Positions 27,234 through 34,634 of a stretch of 48,479 bases of DNA are shown here, one piece after another. The DNA comes from Candidatus Saccharimonadia bacterium (GTDB taxonomy: Bacteria > Patescibacteriota > Saccharimonadia > Saccharimonadales > Saccharimonadaceae): assembly GCA_023260255.1 (NCBI GenBank), contig JALQVV010000079.1, forward strand, positions 1-48,479, written 5' to 3'. The notes under the pieces were generated by a model that saw nothing but the letters and a program-made list of their open reading frames with translations, had not been told where the DNA came from and ran no database searches. The translations under genes were made by a program, and so were the position numbers. Each line of letters begins with the position of its first letter. Within the stretch, counting starts at the first letter, position 1.

Positions 27234-28448
27234 ATGAATTCCCTGAATCTTAGATTACCCAGTCGACGGACTGGTTATATAGCAGCTGCATTGATGTTGG
27301 TGATGACATTTATCTCATCCGCATTTGCATCAGCTGCACAAGTAACAGAAAGAAGCATTGAACTATCAAGTTCTGCCAAGACCGCAACAAACGTTACTTA
27401 TAATTTGACGTTTACACCTGTGAGCGCGGCTGGTGCGACGGCACTGCAATTTTGTAGTAACTCACCGCTCATTGGTGCATCATGTACGGCCCCTACTGGT
27501 ATTAATGTGGCTAGCGCTGCAGAATCTAGTGCAACGAGTGTCTCAAAGCCAAGTGTGGCTGCAGGCATGGGCCCTGTAGTGGTTATAGAAAAGTCGATTA
27601 CTGCTTCGGCAACAACACTGACAGTTACGGGCATTACTAACCCATCATCTGCTGGTGCTCTCTATGTTCGTGTCATTACTTACGACACCAAAGCTCACGC
27701 AGAGGCTGACTATACCGCAACGGGTGATAGTGGTGATAATGATGGTATTGGCGGCACTGGTGCGGCCGCTGCAGATGCTGTAGATAATGGATCTGTGGCG
27801 CTATCAATCACCGATACTATCGGTGTGTCCGCTGCGGTTCTTGAAACGTTGCTCTTCTGTGTATCTGGTCAGACGAATGAATCTACAGCTACTAACCCAA
27901 TTGCTGCTGGTTGTGCAAGTGGGCTGACTCCACCAACGCTTACCCTTGGTGAGACAACAGGTAATGTAAAAGCCCTTTCAGCATCTGCAATTAGCACGGG
28001 CGATATCTATACGCAGATTTCGACAAATGCCGCAAATGGGGCAGTAGTTAACCTGAAAAGCAATGTAGCTTGTGGAGGCCTGAAACGAGTCGAGGCAACA
28101 GGTTGTGATATTGCACCTGCGGGGACTACTGGCTTTACGACCGCGCCTAATGCACTATTTGGTGTCAAGGTTAATGCAGATAGCGGGACAGACACTACTC
28201 AGAGCGCAACTGGCACATTTCAGGTCGCTTCTGGTGCGAACTATGACGGAACAACTTACAAATTGAAGTATCTTGCAAATAACTCTGCAGGCGTCACTAG
28301 CGTCTATGGTGATCCAATTCTTGATACAAACGGTACGCAGCCAAGTAATCGAAATATGAAACTTACTTTTGGCGCAAGTATTAATAACAATACGCCGGCA
28401 GGTCTCTACAAAGCAGACCTTAGCCTCATCGCAACTGGTAAATTCTAA
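27234..28448 (+). CDS. Secreted ~404-aa major subunit candidate of the second module of the surface cluster
   Basis: The ATG at 27234 follows AAGGAGG. Signal peptide is AAALMLVMTFISSAFASA. Family motifs are ERSIELSSS, LQFCSNSPLIGASC and VLETLLFCVSG. The C-terminus is NNTPAGLYKADLSLIATGKF. A terminator follows. Confidence 0.8.
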   Translation: MNSLNLRLPSRRTGYIAAALMLVMTFISSAFASAAQVTERSIELSSSAKTATNVTYNLTFTPVSAAGATALQFCSNSPLIGASCTAPTGINVASAAESSATSVSKPSVAAGMGPVVVIEKSITASATTLTVTGITNPSSAGALYVRVITYDTKAHAEADYTATGDSGDNDGIGGTGAAAADAVDNGSVALSITDTIGVSAAVLETLLFCVSGQTNESTATNPIAAGCASGLTPPTLTLGETTGNVKALSASAISTGDIYTQISTNAANGAVVNLKSNVACGGLKRVEATGCDIAPAGTTGFTTAPNALFGVKVNADSGTDTTQSATGTFQVASGANYDGTTYKLKYLANNSAGVTSVYGDPILDTNGTQPSNRNMKLTFGASINNNTPAGLYKADLSLIATGKF

Positions 28449-28466
28449 AATATATCATTGCTTACC

Positions 28467-28498
28467 AACAACACCCTCACTACGGGGGTGTTGTTTTG
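28467..28498 (+). terminator. Intrinsic terminator after the 411-aa gene
   Basis: AACAACACCC (28467-28476) pairs with GGGTGTTGTT (28486-28495). A T-run follows. Confidence 0.65.
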
Positions 28499-28567
28499 TG
28501 CAAAAGCGCTTGCAAACGTAAGCATATCTGTTATGATGGTACTAATCACGTAAACGGGAAATATAGT

Positions 28568-29590
28568 GTGTTGGTAAAACAACGTGCAAAAACAAACATT
28601 TTTTGGGTAATGGTTGCTGCTGTGGCCGCAATTACTTTCAGCTTGCTGATTGGCTCACAATCGTTTGCTCAGTCAAACAGTACAACGGCTAACGTATTAA
28701 AAGTTTCGCCAGTTCGTAGCGACATCGAAGTCAAACCAGGTGAGAGTAAAAAAGTACAGACGACCATCACCAACCTGACAAAAGGCTCGATCACTGTTAA
28801 GCCAATTATGAATGACTTTATTGCAGGTGATGAGCGGGGTACCCCGGCACTGATTCTTGATGAAGATAAATTTGCGCCAACCCATAGCCTGAAACGGTTT
28901 ATGAAACCGCTCCCAAACATTACCATCGAGGCTGGCAAGGCTCGCACAGTTGATGTGGTCATCACTGTGCCCAAAGATGCTCAAGCTGGTGGCTACTTTG
29001 GTGCGGTTCGTTTTGCACCAACATCTCCCGATGGTGGCGGACAGGTCAACCTGAGCGGTAGTGTGGCATCGCTGATCCTATTGAGCGTCCCTGGGCCAAC
29101 CGTTGAAAAGCTAGAACTGACAGAATTCAATATCTTACAAGGTGGTAAATCAGGCTCATTCTTCCAAAGTTCAAACGACCTACAGGCGACGGCTCGATTT
29201 ACAAGCAGCAGTAATATACAGGTCGGTCCATTCGGTAAGCTATCTGTTAAACAGGGCGATAAGGTTATCTATGACACTGACTTCAACAACAAAACCCAGC
29301 GCGACATGATCTTACCTGACAGTGCTCGCCGTTGGGACTTCCCGCTGAAAAACATCGGTAGCTTCGGCTACTACACGGTCAGTGCAACGTTCACCTACGG
29401 TCAAAAGAACCAAACCATTGAGGTAGAAAAATCATTCTGGGTCGTGCCATGGATTGTCATTGCCGTTGCGGTTGGCGGTGTACTGCTACTTATCTTGCTA
29501 ATTGTTGGTATCTGGTTGTTCCTCCGCAGCTACAAACGCCGCATCCTTCGCAGCCAGGGTGGCTTTGGCCGCAACCGCTATCGCCGCTAA
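28568..29590 (+). CDS. Second DUF916/DUF3324-like (WxL-interacting-protein-like) protein with a C-terminal TM anchor and basic tail
   Basis: Paralogue of 25047-26114, with LKVSPVRSDIEVKPGESKKVQTTITNLTKGSITV, VITVPKDAQAGGYFGAVRF and YYTVSATFTYG. The TM is IVIAVAVGGVLLLILLIVGIWLFL, followed by RSYKRRILR. The start is uncertain: the track start at 28496 overlaps the terminator, and I prefer the GTG at 28568. Confidence 0.7.
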   Translation: MLVKQRAKTNIFWVMVAAVAAITFSLLIGSQSFAQSNSTTANVLKVSPVRSDIEVKPGESKKVQTTITNLTKGSITVKPIMNDFIAGDERGTPALILDEDKFAPTHSLKRFMKPLPNITIEAGKARTVDVVITVPKDAQAGGYFGAVRFAPTSPDGGGQVNLSGSVASLILLSVPGPTVEKLELTEFNILQGGKSGSFFQSSNDLQATARFTSSSNIQVGPFGKLSVKQGDKVIYDTDFNNKTQRDMILPDSARRWDFPLKNIGSFGYYTVSATFTYGQKNQTIEVEKSFWVVPWIVIAVAVGGVLLLILLIVGIWLFLRSYKRRILRSQGGFGRNRYRR

Positions 29591-29634
29591 CGGTTGACGA
29601 AACAGAGGCGAATAAGTATAATTCGCTAAGGTAT

Positions 29635-29709
29635 TCCGGCGTAGCTCAGCGGTAGAGCATTCGGCTGTTAACCGAAGGGCCACTGGTTCGAATCCAGTCG
29701 CCGGAGCCA
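29635..29709 (+). tRNA. tRNA-Asn (anticodon GTT), CCA encoded
   Basis: A full cloverleaf can be drawn by hand: acceptor TCCGGCG/CGCCGGA, D arm GCTC/GAGC, anticodon arm TTCGG-CTGTTAA-CCGAA, 5-nt variable loop, T arm ACTGG-TTCGAAT-CCAGT, discriminator G, CCA. Confidence 0.93.
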
Positions 29710-29748
29710 TGAAAAGACACCCCGATGTGGGTGTTTTTTCATGGCTCC
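29703..29748 (+). terminator. 20-bp hairpin plus T-run immediately after the tRNA; its 5' arm includes the tRNA 3' end
   Basis: GGAGCCATGAAAAGACACCC (29703-29722) pairs with GGGTGTTTTTTCATGGCTCC (29729-29748), with one G-U pair. The loop is CGATGT. Confidence 0.6.
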
Positions 29749-29794
29749 GCCAGATTGAGTTTGAATCAGTGGGTGACAGCTTTAGCTGGCACTA

Positions 29795-29895
29795 CCACTG
29801 GTTCGGCGCAGCGAATGAAGCGAAGAAAAGCACGAAGTATTTTTCTGAGCGAATGAACGAAGGAGGCTTTAGCCGATACCCAGTCGCCGGAGCCA
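29795..29895 (+). repeat. Split duplicate of the tRNA-Asn 3' portion (att-like scar)
   Basis: CCACTGGTTCG (29795-29805) equals tRNA 29680-29690. CCAGTCGCCGGAGCCA (29880-29895) equals tRNA 29694-29709. In the copy the two pieces are separated by 74 nt rather than 3. Confidence 0.75.
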
Positions 29896-30245
29896 AGCAA
29901 TAGCCATCCGAAAGGATGTTTTCTGCCTGATAGAAATGAGAAGATATATTTTCAAATTATATAAAATAACACTTCTAAGAGGAATGAACCTTACCTCCCC
30001 AGCAAGTGTGCGTATGAGAGTCGCTTTTAACGACTATATATTTACGGCCGATGAGGCAAGGGTATTCTACGAGGAACGGCTTGGATTATGAATAAAGACG
30101 AAGTAACTGAACTTAGGAAACGGATGTTTTAGCGTCGGCAGAACTTATATATGATATTTACATAGAGAAGAAGGATGGTGAGGCCAATGATGATCAGAGA
30201 GGATCTAAACATACCCTTAAGCAACATAGACTAATTCCTGGTAAC

Positions 30246-30752
30246 TTAGAAGATATCGATTAATGCTTGAAGTTCAGGAAGTCTTGCCCTTGCTTCGTCG
30301 AGCATACTTTTCGTGAATAATCTTTTATATTCACGTTCGTCTGTTCTTTTGGGCTCTGAAATATACGTTTTCTCAAAATATCCTTTCCACCGAGAGTCAC
30401 TTAGCAACTTACTCGGCTCGAGTATGTTCACTAAAAGTTTCTCAAGCATAGGTATGCTCTTTAAAATTATAAGATCGTTTTTTTGTCCGAATTCTTCGAT
30501 ATTTGTGTAGATGCTATTTTCCCAGTCTTGATCCCGGTCTCCATCGATTTTCAAGTATTTGTCTTCGTAAAAGCTACCCACTCTAACTGCAGTCTCGGCA
30601 AGATTGATCTGATCGCCCCCAGTTCCAGGTTTAATGTCAACATTGTATGTTTCACTGGCGTAAATAGACTTTATACACTCCAAGAACGCCTTATCTGCTG
30701 CTCCTTCACAATAGATGAGGCGGGTTCTTTTTGTACGATGGATCCGTGGCAT
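30246..30752 (-). CDS. RloB-like (TOPRIM-like) small protein; partner of the upstream AAA ATPase
   Basis: 168 aa. The N-terminus KRTRLIYCEGAADKAFLECI fits the RloB / DUF4435-type xxCEGxxDxxF start. Its ATG abuts the ATPase stop (TAG-ATG). Confidence 0.55.
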   Translation of the reverse strand: MPRIHRTKRTRLIYCEGAADKAFLECIKSIYASETYNVDIKPGTGGDQINLAETAVRVGSFYEDKYLKIDGDRDQDWENSIYTNIEEFGQKNDLIILKSIPMLEKLLVNILEPSKLLSDSRWKGYFEKTYISEPKRTDEREYKRLFTKSMLDEARARLPELQALIDIF

Positions 30753-31991
30753 CTAGGCTCCAATTTTTGGGCGAGCCCCATACGCACCGGCAATGTATCT
30801 AGTGTAGTAGTTGTCTGTTGATTTCACGCCCTCTACTTCATCAAGTCGCCACGATTCAGTTTTTCCATGCTCATTCTTTTCAACTAGAATTATCTGTCGA
30901 CTGTCAAATGAATTGAGAAGCCGGTGGTTGTGTGTGCTAAACAGCAACTGTGCCTTGTTGGGATTGGTTACTGGACTCATGAATAGCTCGACAAATGCCT
31001 CGACAATATCAGGGTGTAAGAAGGCGTCGATTTCATCAATCACGGCTATGCCGCCGTTTTTTACTGATAATGCTTGCATAATGCAGTCCAAAATTACAAT
31101 CATCCTCTTTGTGCCAGAAGACTCCTGTTCTATGAGGGTATTGAAATTGTCCTTTAAGAAACTGTGCTTTATCCCATACGCTATGCGTTTGTTAGCACCA
31201 GGAACTGGAAGTTCGGTTTCATGTCTGAAAAAATCGTTGAACCCAATATCATATTTAGTCAGGGTTTCTTTAACTTTTTTACTAACTGGGTTATTGTTAT
31301 TTTCTGATAATCTGTGAAGACTTCTTTGCACTAAACGATCGAATGCATGTGACGAATCTTCCTTGTTACCTTGAACCCATAAATTATATTCAAAAACATC
31401 ATCACACCAATAATCCGATATAATTTTCGCTAAGTCACTTGGATTTTCTCTTTGCATGATTGAAGACACCATGCTTGCATTTCTGCGTAGCTCTGAAGTA
31501 CTTGATATACCGAGGACTTTATCAGTTAATTCGTAAGACTTTGTAGCACGATTCCATGTTCGCGATACCAGTGTCTTTAAAGTAATACGTTCTTTTGTCT
31601 TGCTATATTCTTTGAGCTCTTCCTTGATAATTTTCTTATCATCAAGGATAAATGAGTATTCAAAAACTCGATCATTGACAGTAAACTTAGAAGCTATTTC
31701 AGATGGCTTTCCGTTACACGCTGCATGTGGTTCGAAAAGAATATCTTCCTTTGGATCGTTATGGTATGAATAGCCAATCAGATATTTTAGGAATGCAATA
31801 CCTTGTAGGACTTTGGTCTTTCCCGATGCATTCGGGCCAATTACGGATTCAATTAAAGAAAGGCGACCAGCAATGTTGCCGTGATCAACAAAAAGATTAG
31901 TCCTAGGGGCATTCCCATCAACAGCAAAGTCGACTGTTACGCCATCTTCACCAATTGAATAGAAGTTCTTAACCGTGTAATTAAGTATCAT
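30753..31991 (-). CDS. AAA_21/AAA_15-type (ABC/OLD-like) ATPase, RloA/AbiLi-like
   Basis: 412 aa. The N-terminus is MILNYTVKNFYSIG. Walker A is GPNASGKTK, Walker B is IAVIDEIDAFLHPD, and the H-loop region is LLFSTHNHRLL. The gene is AT-rich relative to its flanks. Confidence 0.8.
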   Translation of the reverse strand: MILNYTVKNFYSIGEDGVTVDFAVDGNAPRTNLFVDHGNIAGRLSLIESVIGPNASGKTKVLQGIAFLKYLIGYSYHNDPKEDILFEPHAACNGKPSEIASKFTVNDRVFEYSFILDDKKIIKEELKEYSKTKERITLKTLVSRTWNRATKSYELTDKVLGISSTSELRRNASMVSSIMQRENPSDLAKIISDYWCDDVFEYNLWVQGNKEDSSHAFDRLVQRSLHRLSENNNNPVSKKVKETLTKYDIGFNDFFRHETELPVPGANKRIAYGIKHSFLKDNFNTLIEQESSGTKRMIVILDCIMQALSVKNGGIAVIDEIDAFLHPDIVEAFVELFMSPVTNPNKAQLLFSTHNHRLLNSFDSRQIILVEKNEHGKTESWRLDEVEGVKSTDNYYTRYIAGAYGARPKIGA

Positions 31992-32000
31992 AATACTTAC

Positions 32001-32029
32001 AGTATATACAATTTACCGTTGTAAATCAA
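32001..32029 (-). promoter_or_regulatory. Candidate promoter of the ATPase/RloB-like operon (near-leaderless)
   Basis: Minus strand: TTGATT (32029-32024), 17 nt, TATACT (32006-32001). The ATG at 31991 lies about 10 nt downstream and has no SD. Confidence 0.4.
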
Positions 32030-32067
32030 TACCTTGCATTATATTTGCGAGGTTTGCCCTTAGAGTA

Positions 32068-32095
32068 TTGACTTTGAATGAACTTTCGCTATAAT
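32068..32095 (+). promoter_or_regulatory. Near-consensus sigma70 promoter facing the YegP-like gene
   Basis: TTGACT (32068-32073), 16 nt, TATAAT (32090-32095). Confidence 0.55.
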
Positions 32096-32263
32096 GAGGG
32101 GTAGCCATGTGTGAATAACATTTGGGTATAAGGGGTAGAAATGAGAAAAGCGCCCTTCGAAAAGGCGCTCCCTTGTAAAATTTTGTATGGTTTTACCTTC
32201 TTATTCTACCATGACACAAACATAACGGCGCTAAATAAGGGTATATGGCGTGCGAGATACAAA

Positions 32264-32452
32264 ATGGCCACTTACATTATTCGTAAGGATAACAAAGGTG
32301 AGTACTACTGGGTTCTTCGTTCAGACGAGAACTACAAGACGGTCGCTATGAGCAGCGAATCATATGATTCAAAGTATGGCGCCAAGCAGTCAATCGCTTG
32401 GACTCAGGCAAATGCTAAAACTACCAGTATCAAAGACGATACCGGCGAGTAG
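32264..32452 (+). CDS. YegP-like (DUF1508) small protein
   Basis: MATYIIRKDNKGEYYWVLRSDENYKTVAMSSESYDSKYGAKQSIAWTQ matches the DUF1508 pattern. The upstream 41 codons of the track ORF (from 32141) are not DUF1508-like, so I prefer the ATG at 32264. Confidence 0.75.
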   Translation: MATYIIRKDNKGEYYWVLRSDENYKTVAMSSESYDSKYGAKQSIAWTQANAKTTSIKDDTGE

Positions 32453-32459
32453 TTCCTTC

Positions 32460-32700
32460 GGTCGAGCCTTCGGGCTCGACCTACCGTGTACTTTAAATAT
32501 TTAGCTGTGCAGTAGTAGTTTTGTTTCAAACAGTCGCAAGTACCCACGTGGTTAATGGAAGCCGTTCGCGGCGGAAAGGACTTTGGCGTATGGTAGAGAA
32601 TTTCGTCACCTTGGTGACACTTTCAAACTTCTTCATTACGGTTAACAGTACCACCCAACTACTACTGCTTTGCGGCTAAATATTTAAGATGAAATTTTTT
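32460..32700 (+). ncRNA. Candidate structured RNA (~200-240 nt, class unknown), downstream of or a 3' extension of the YegP-like gene
   Basis: The 9-bp hairpin GGTCGAGCC-TTCG-GGCTCGACC (32460-32481) has no U-tract. A long closing helix pairs 32491-32505 and 32509-32520 with 32675-32688 and 32657-32668 (about 25 bp with one internal loop). Inner hairpins are GCCG-TTCG-CGGC (32561-32572) and GTCAC-CTTG-GTGAC (32606-32619). A T6 run sits at 32695-32700. Confidence 0.45.
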
Positions 32701-32892
32701 GCGCGAGCACTAGTACAGAGAAGAGAAAGAGTAAAGGGAAGGTGAGGTGCTTTTTCTTAGAGAGAATTTATATAGGGGGAGTAGGCTCGTAAGCGTAGAG
32801 ATAGGACAAGTTCTAGAAATATCTACCTCTGTTTGCTGTTCAAAATCGTTGCGAAGTACGTCCACCAACGTACGCCAATCCATAATAGACGA

Positions 32893-32924
32893 AATCAGAA
32901 CTGAATCAACAGTTCTGATTTTTT
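32893..32924 (+). terminator. Strong intrinsic terminator with no credible ORF upstream
   Basis: AATCAGAACTG (32893-32903) pairs with CAGTTCTGATT (32910-32920). The loop is AATCAA and a T-run follows to 32924. Confidence 0.75.
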
Positions 32925-32978
32925 GTACCTACAATAGAGATTGAAACCGAGATAGTCCAATTTTGTTACAATAAGCCA

Positions 32979-33557
32979 ATGACAGCAGAAAAGATGACAT
33001 TTCAAAGCGAGCAGGACATAACACGATTGCTTGAAAAAGACAGTTGGCGGATGGATGTTTTGAAAGCGGCAGCGGAGCTGGATTTACCAGACTGGTGGAT
33101 AGGAGCTGGCTTTTTACGAAATGCGATCTGGGATGCGATGGAAGGTAAAGACTCGCCACCAACTCGTGATGTGGATCTTGTTTACTTTGACGCAAACAAT
33201 ACCGAGCGAGAGACGGACTGGGCATATGATGAAAAAATGAGGGAAGAGTATCTATTCGCCGAATGGGAGATAAGAAACCAGGCTCGTATGCACTATGTTG
33301 ATGGATTTGACCCATTCACTTCTACAACAGATGGAATCGCCCATTGGGTAGAGACGGCGACATGCGTGGCTACAAAGCTTGAGGATGGTCAGTTAAAATA
33401 CTTATTCTGCCACGGTACAGATGATCTGTTTGGACTCATTGCTCGGCCAGTTGCCGAGTTTAAAACTGAAAAATTATTGCCAGTTTTCTATGATAGGATC
33501 GAAAGAAAGAAGTGGCGAGAGAAATGGCCAAATCTTAGAGTTGAAGTTAATGACTGA
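32979..33557 (+). CDS. Nucleotidyltransferase family protein (NTP_transf_6 / DUF925-like)
   Basis: 192 aa with LPDWWIGAGFLRNAIWD...RDVDLVYFD, typical of this family. Confidence 0.6.
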   Translation: MTAEKMTFQSEQDITRLLEKDSWRMDVLKAAAELDLPDWWIGAGFLRNAIWDAMEGKDSPPTRDVDLVYFDANNTERETDWAYDEKMREEYLFAEWEIRNQARMHYVDGFDPFTSTTDGIAHWVETATCVATKLEDGQLKYLFCHGTDDLFGLIARPVAEFKTEKLLPVFYDRIERKKWREKWPNLRVEVND

Positions 33558-33577
33558 GCTAAAGGTATAATCAACAC

Positions 33578-33994
33578 ATGACGCTACAGGAAATATTCGA
33601 CTTCATAAAAGATCAAAAGCTTGCTGTTATTAGTACGGTCGATGAAAATTCAGTGCCAGAATCTGCCATCGTAGAGTTTGGGGAATATGGTGAATTCAAT
33701 CTAGTGATTGATACCTTTACGCATTCTCGTAAATACCAAAATCTTATAAAGAATAGTGAAGCCGCGTTTGTCATTGGCTGGGACGATGACATCACGATTC
33801 AAATAAATGCTACGACCCACTTGTTAGAAGGTGAAGAACTGAACCAAGCAAAAGAAAGTTACTTCGCAAAGAACCCACGCGCCAAAAAATGGGATAACCG
33901 GGAGGAGGTAGCTTACTTCGGATTTATGCCTAAGTGGATTCGTTACTCTGATGTAGGGATGGATCCGTGGCATATTGAAGAGTTTGAGCTATAG
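33578..33994 (+). CDS. Pyridoxamine 5'-phosphate oxidase-like FMN-binding protein
   Basis: 138 aa. LAVISTVDENSVPESAIVEF...FVIGWDD is a PNPOx-like split-barrel pattern. Confidence 0.65.
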   Translation: MTLQEIFDFIKDQKLAVISTVDENSVPESAIVEFGEYGEFNLVIDTFTHSRKYQNLIKNSEAAFVIGWDDDITIQINATTHLLEGEELNQAKESYFAKNPRAKKWDNREEVAYFGFMPKWIRYSDVGMDPWHIEEFEL

Positions 33995-34001
33995 TTTATT
34001 T

Positions 34002-34529
34002 ATGCCTGCATATCATATCGCTGGACCCTCAGGATCGGGTAAAAGCACCGTTGGTAAAATTCTACAGCAATGGGGCTTTGTAGTTATTGAAACCGATTCC
34101 GAAGAAGGCTTAAGCGGTTGGTATAGTAATGACACTGGCAAAAAAGTTATCGAAACGCCGATACAACCTTATCCTAAAGAGTGGGTGGATGCTCACCGCT
34201 GGCTTTGGGACAAATCTAGAATGGACGAGCTACTTGGCTCTGTTGGCACTGAACCGGTGTTTTTCTGTGGCGGTGCATTTAACGAAAAAGATTTTTATAG
34301 CTCGTTTGAAAAACGATTCGGTCTTTGCGTCGATAAAGACACTATGACTGTACGTTTACAGCAAAGAGAACCAGAACGCTGGGCTGATGGTTCTGCTGAG
34401 CTTAGCCGCCAACTTGAGTGGAACGAAAAATTCAAAGACTTTTGTGTAGCTTCGGGTGCGATCGTAATTGACAGCTCGGTGTCGCCCGATGATGTGGCAG
34501 ATGCCATTTTAAGTCATGTACAAAACTAA
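34002..34529 (+). CDS. P-loop NTPase / small-molecule kinase-like protein
   Basis: Walker A is IAGPSGSGKSTVG, near the N-terminus if the ATG at 34002 is used. The track TTG at 33975 overlaps the previous gene. Confidence 0.55.
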   Translation: MPAYHIAGPSGSGKSTVGKILQQWGFVVIETDSEEGLSGWYSNDTGKKVIETPIQPYPKEWVDAHRWLWDKSRMDELLGSVGTEPVFFCGGAFNEKDFYSSFEKRFGLCVDKDTMTVRLQQREPERWADGSAELSRQLEWNEKFKDFCVASGAIVIDSSVSPDDVADAILSHVQN

Positions 34530-34634
34530 ATGGATAATTCTTGCTTCACTATAGTTATAACTTCCTCTATCACTCTGAGCCAAGTAAATGCACTTCGCAA
34601 CTCGCGGGTGCGTCTATTTTGCTATAATCACACC

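Noticed and set aside
29709-29903. A 64-aa ORF starting at the tRNA CCA end.
   Set aside because: It is composed of the tRNA trailer hairpin and the tRNA-derived repeats. It has no RBS, so it is almost certainly non-coding scar sequence.
32141-32263. A 41-codon N-terminal extension of the YegP-like ORF.
   Set aside because: The extension is not DUF1508-like and contains a hairpin (AGCGCC...GGCGCT). The internal ATG at 32264 gives a canonical single-domain protein.
32460-32700. Naming the structured RNA as 6S, SRP, tmRNA, RNase P or a retron msr/msd.
   Set aside because: None of the signature motifs is present: no tRNA-like ends, no GGAAAGUCCGG-type P4 and no SRP domain IV. No reverse transcriptase is nearby either. 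Only the rod-like shape is 6S-like.
32747-32944. A 65-aa ORF (GTG start) in the purine-rich leader.
   Set aside because: It reads straight through a strong intrinsic terminator hairpin and has no recognisable features. I treated it as non-coding.
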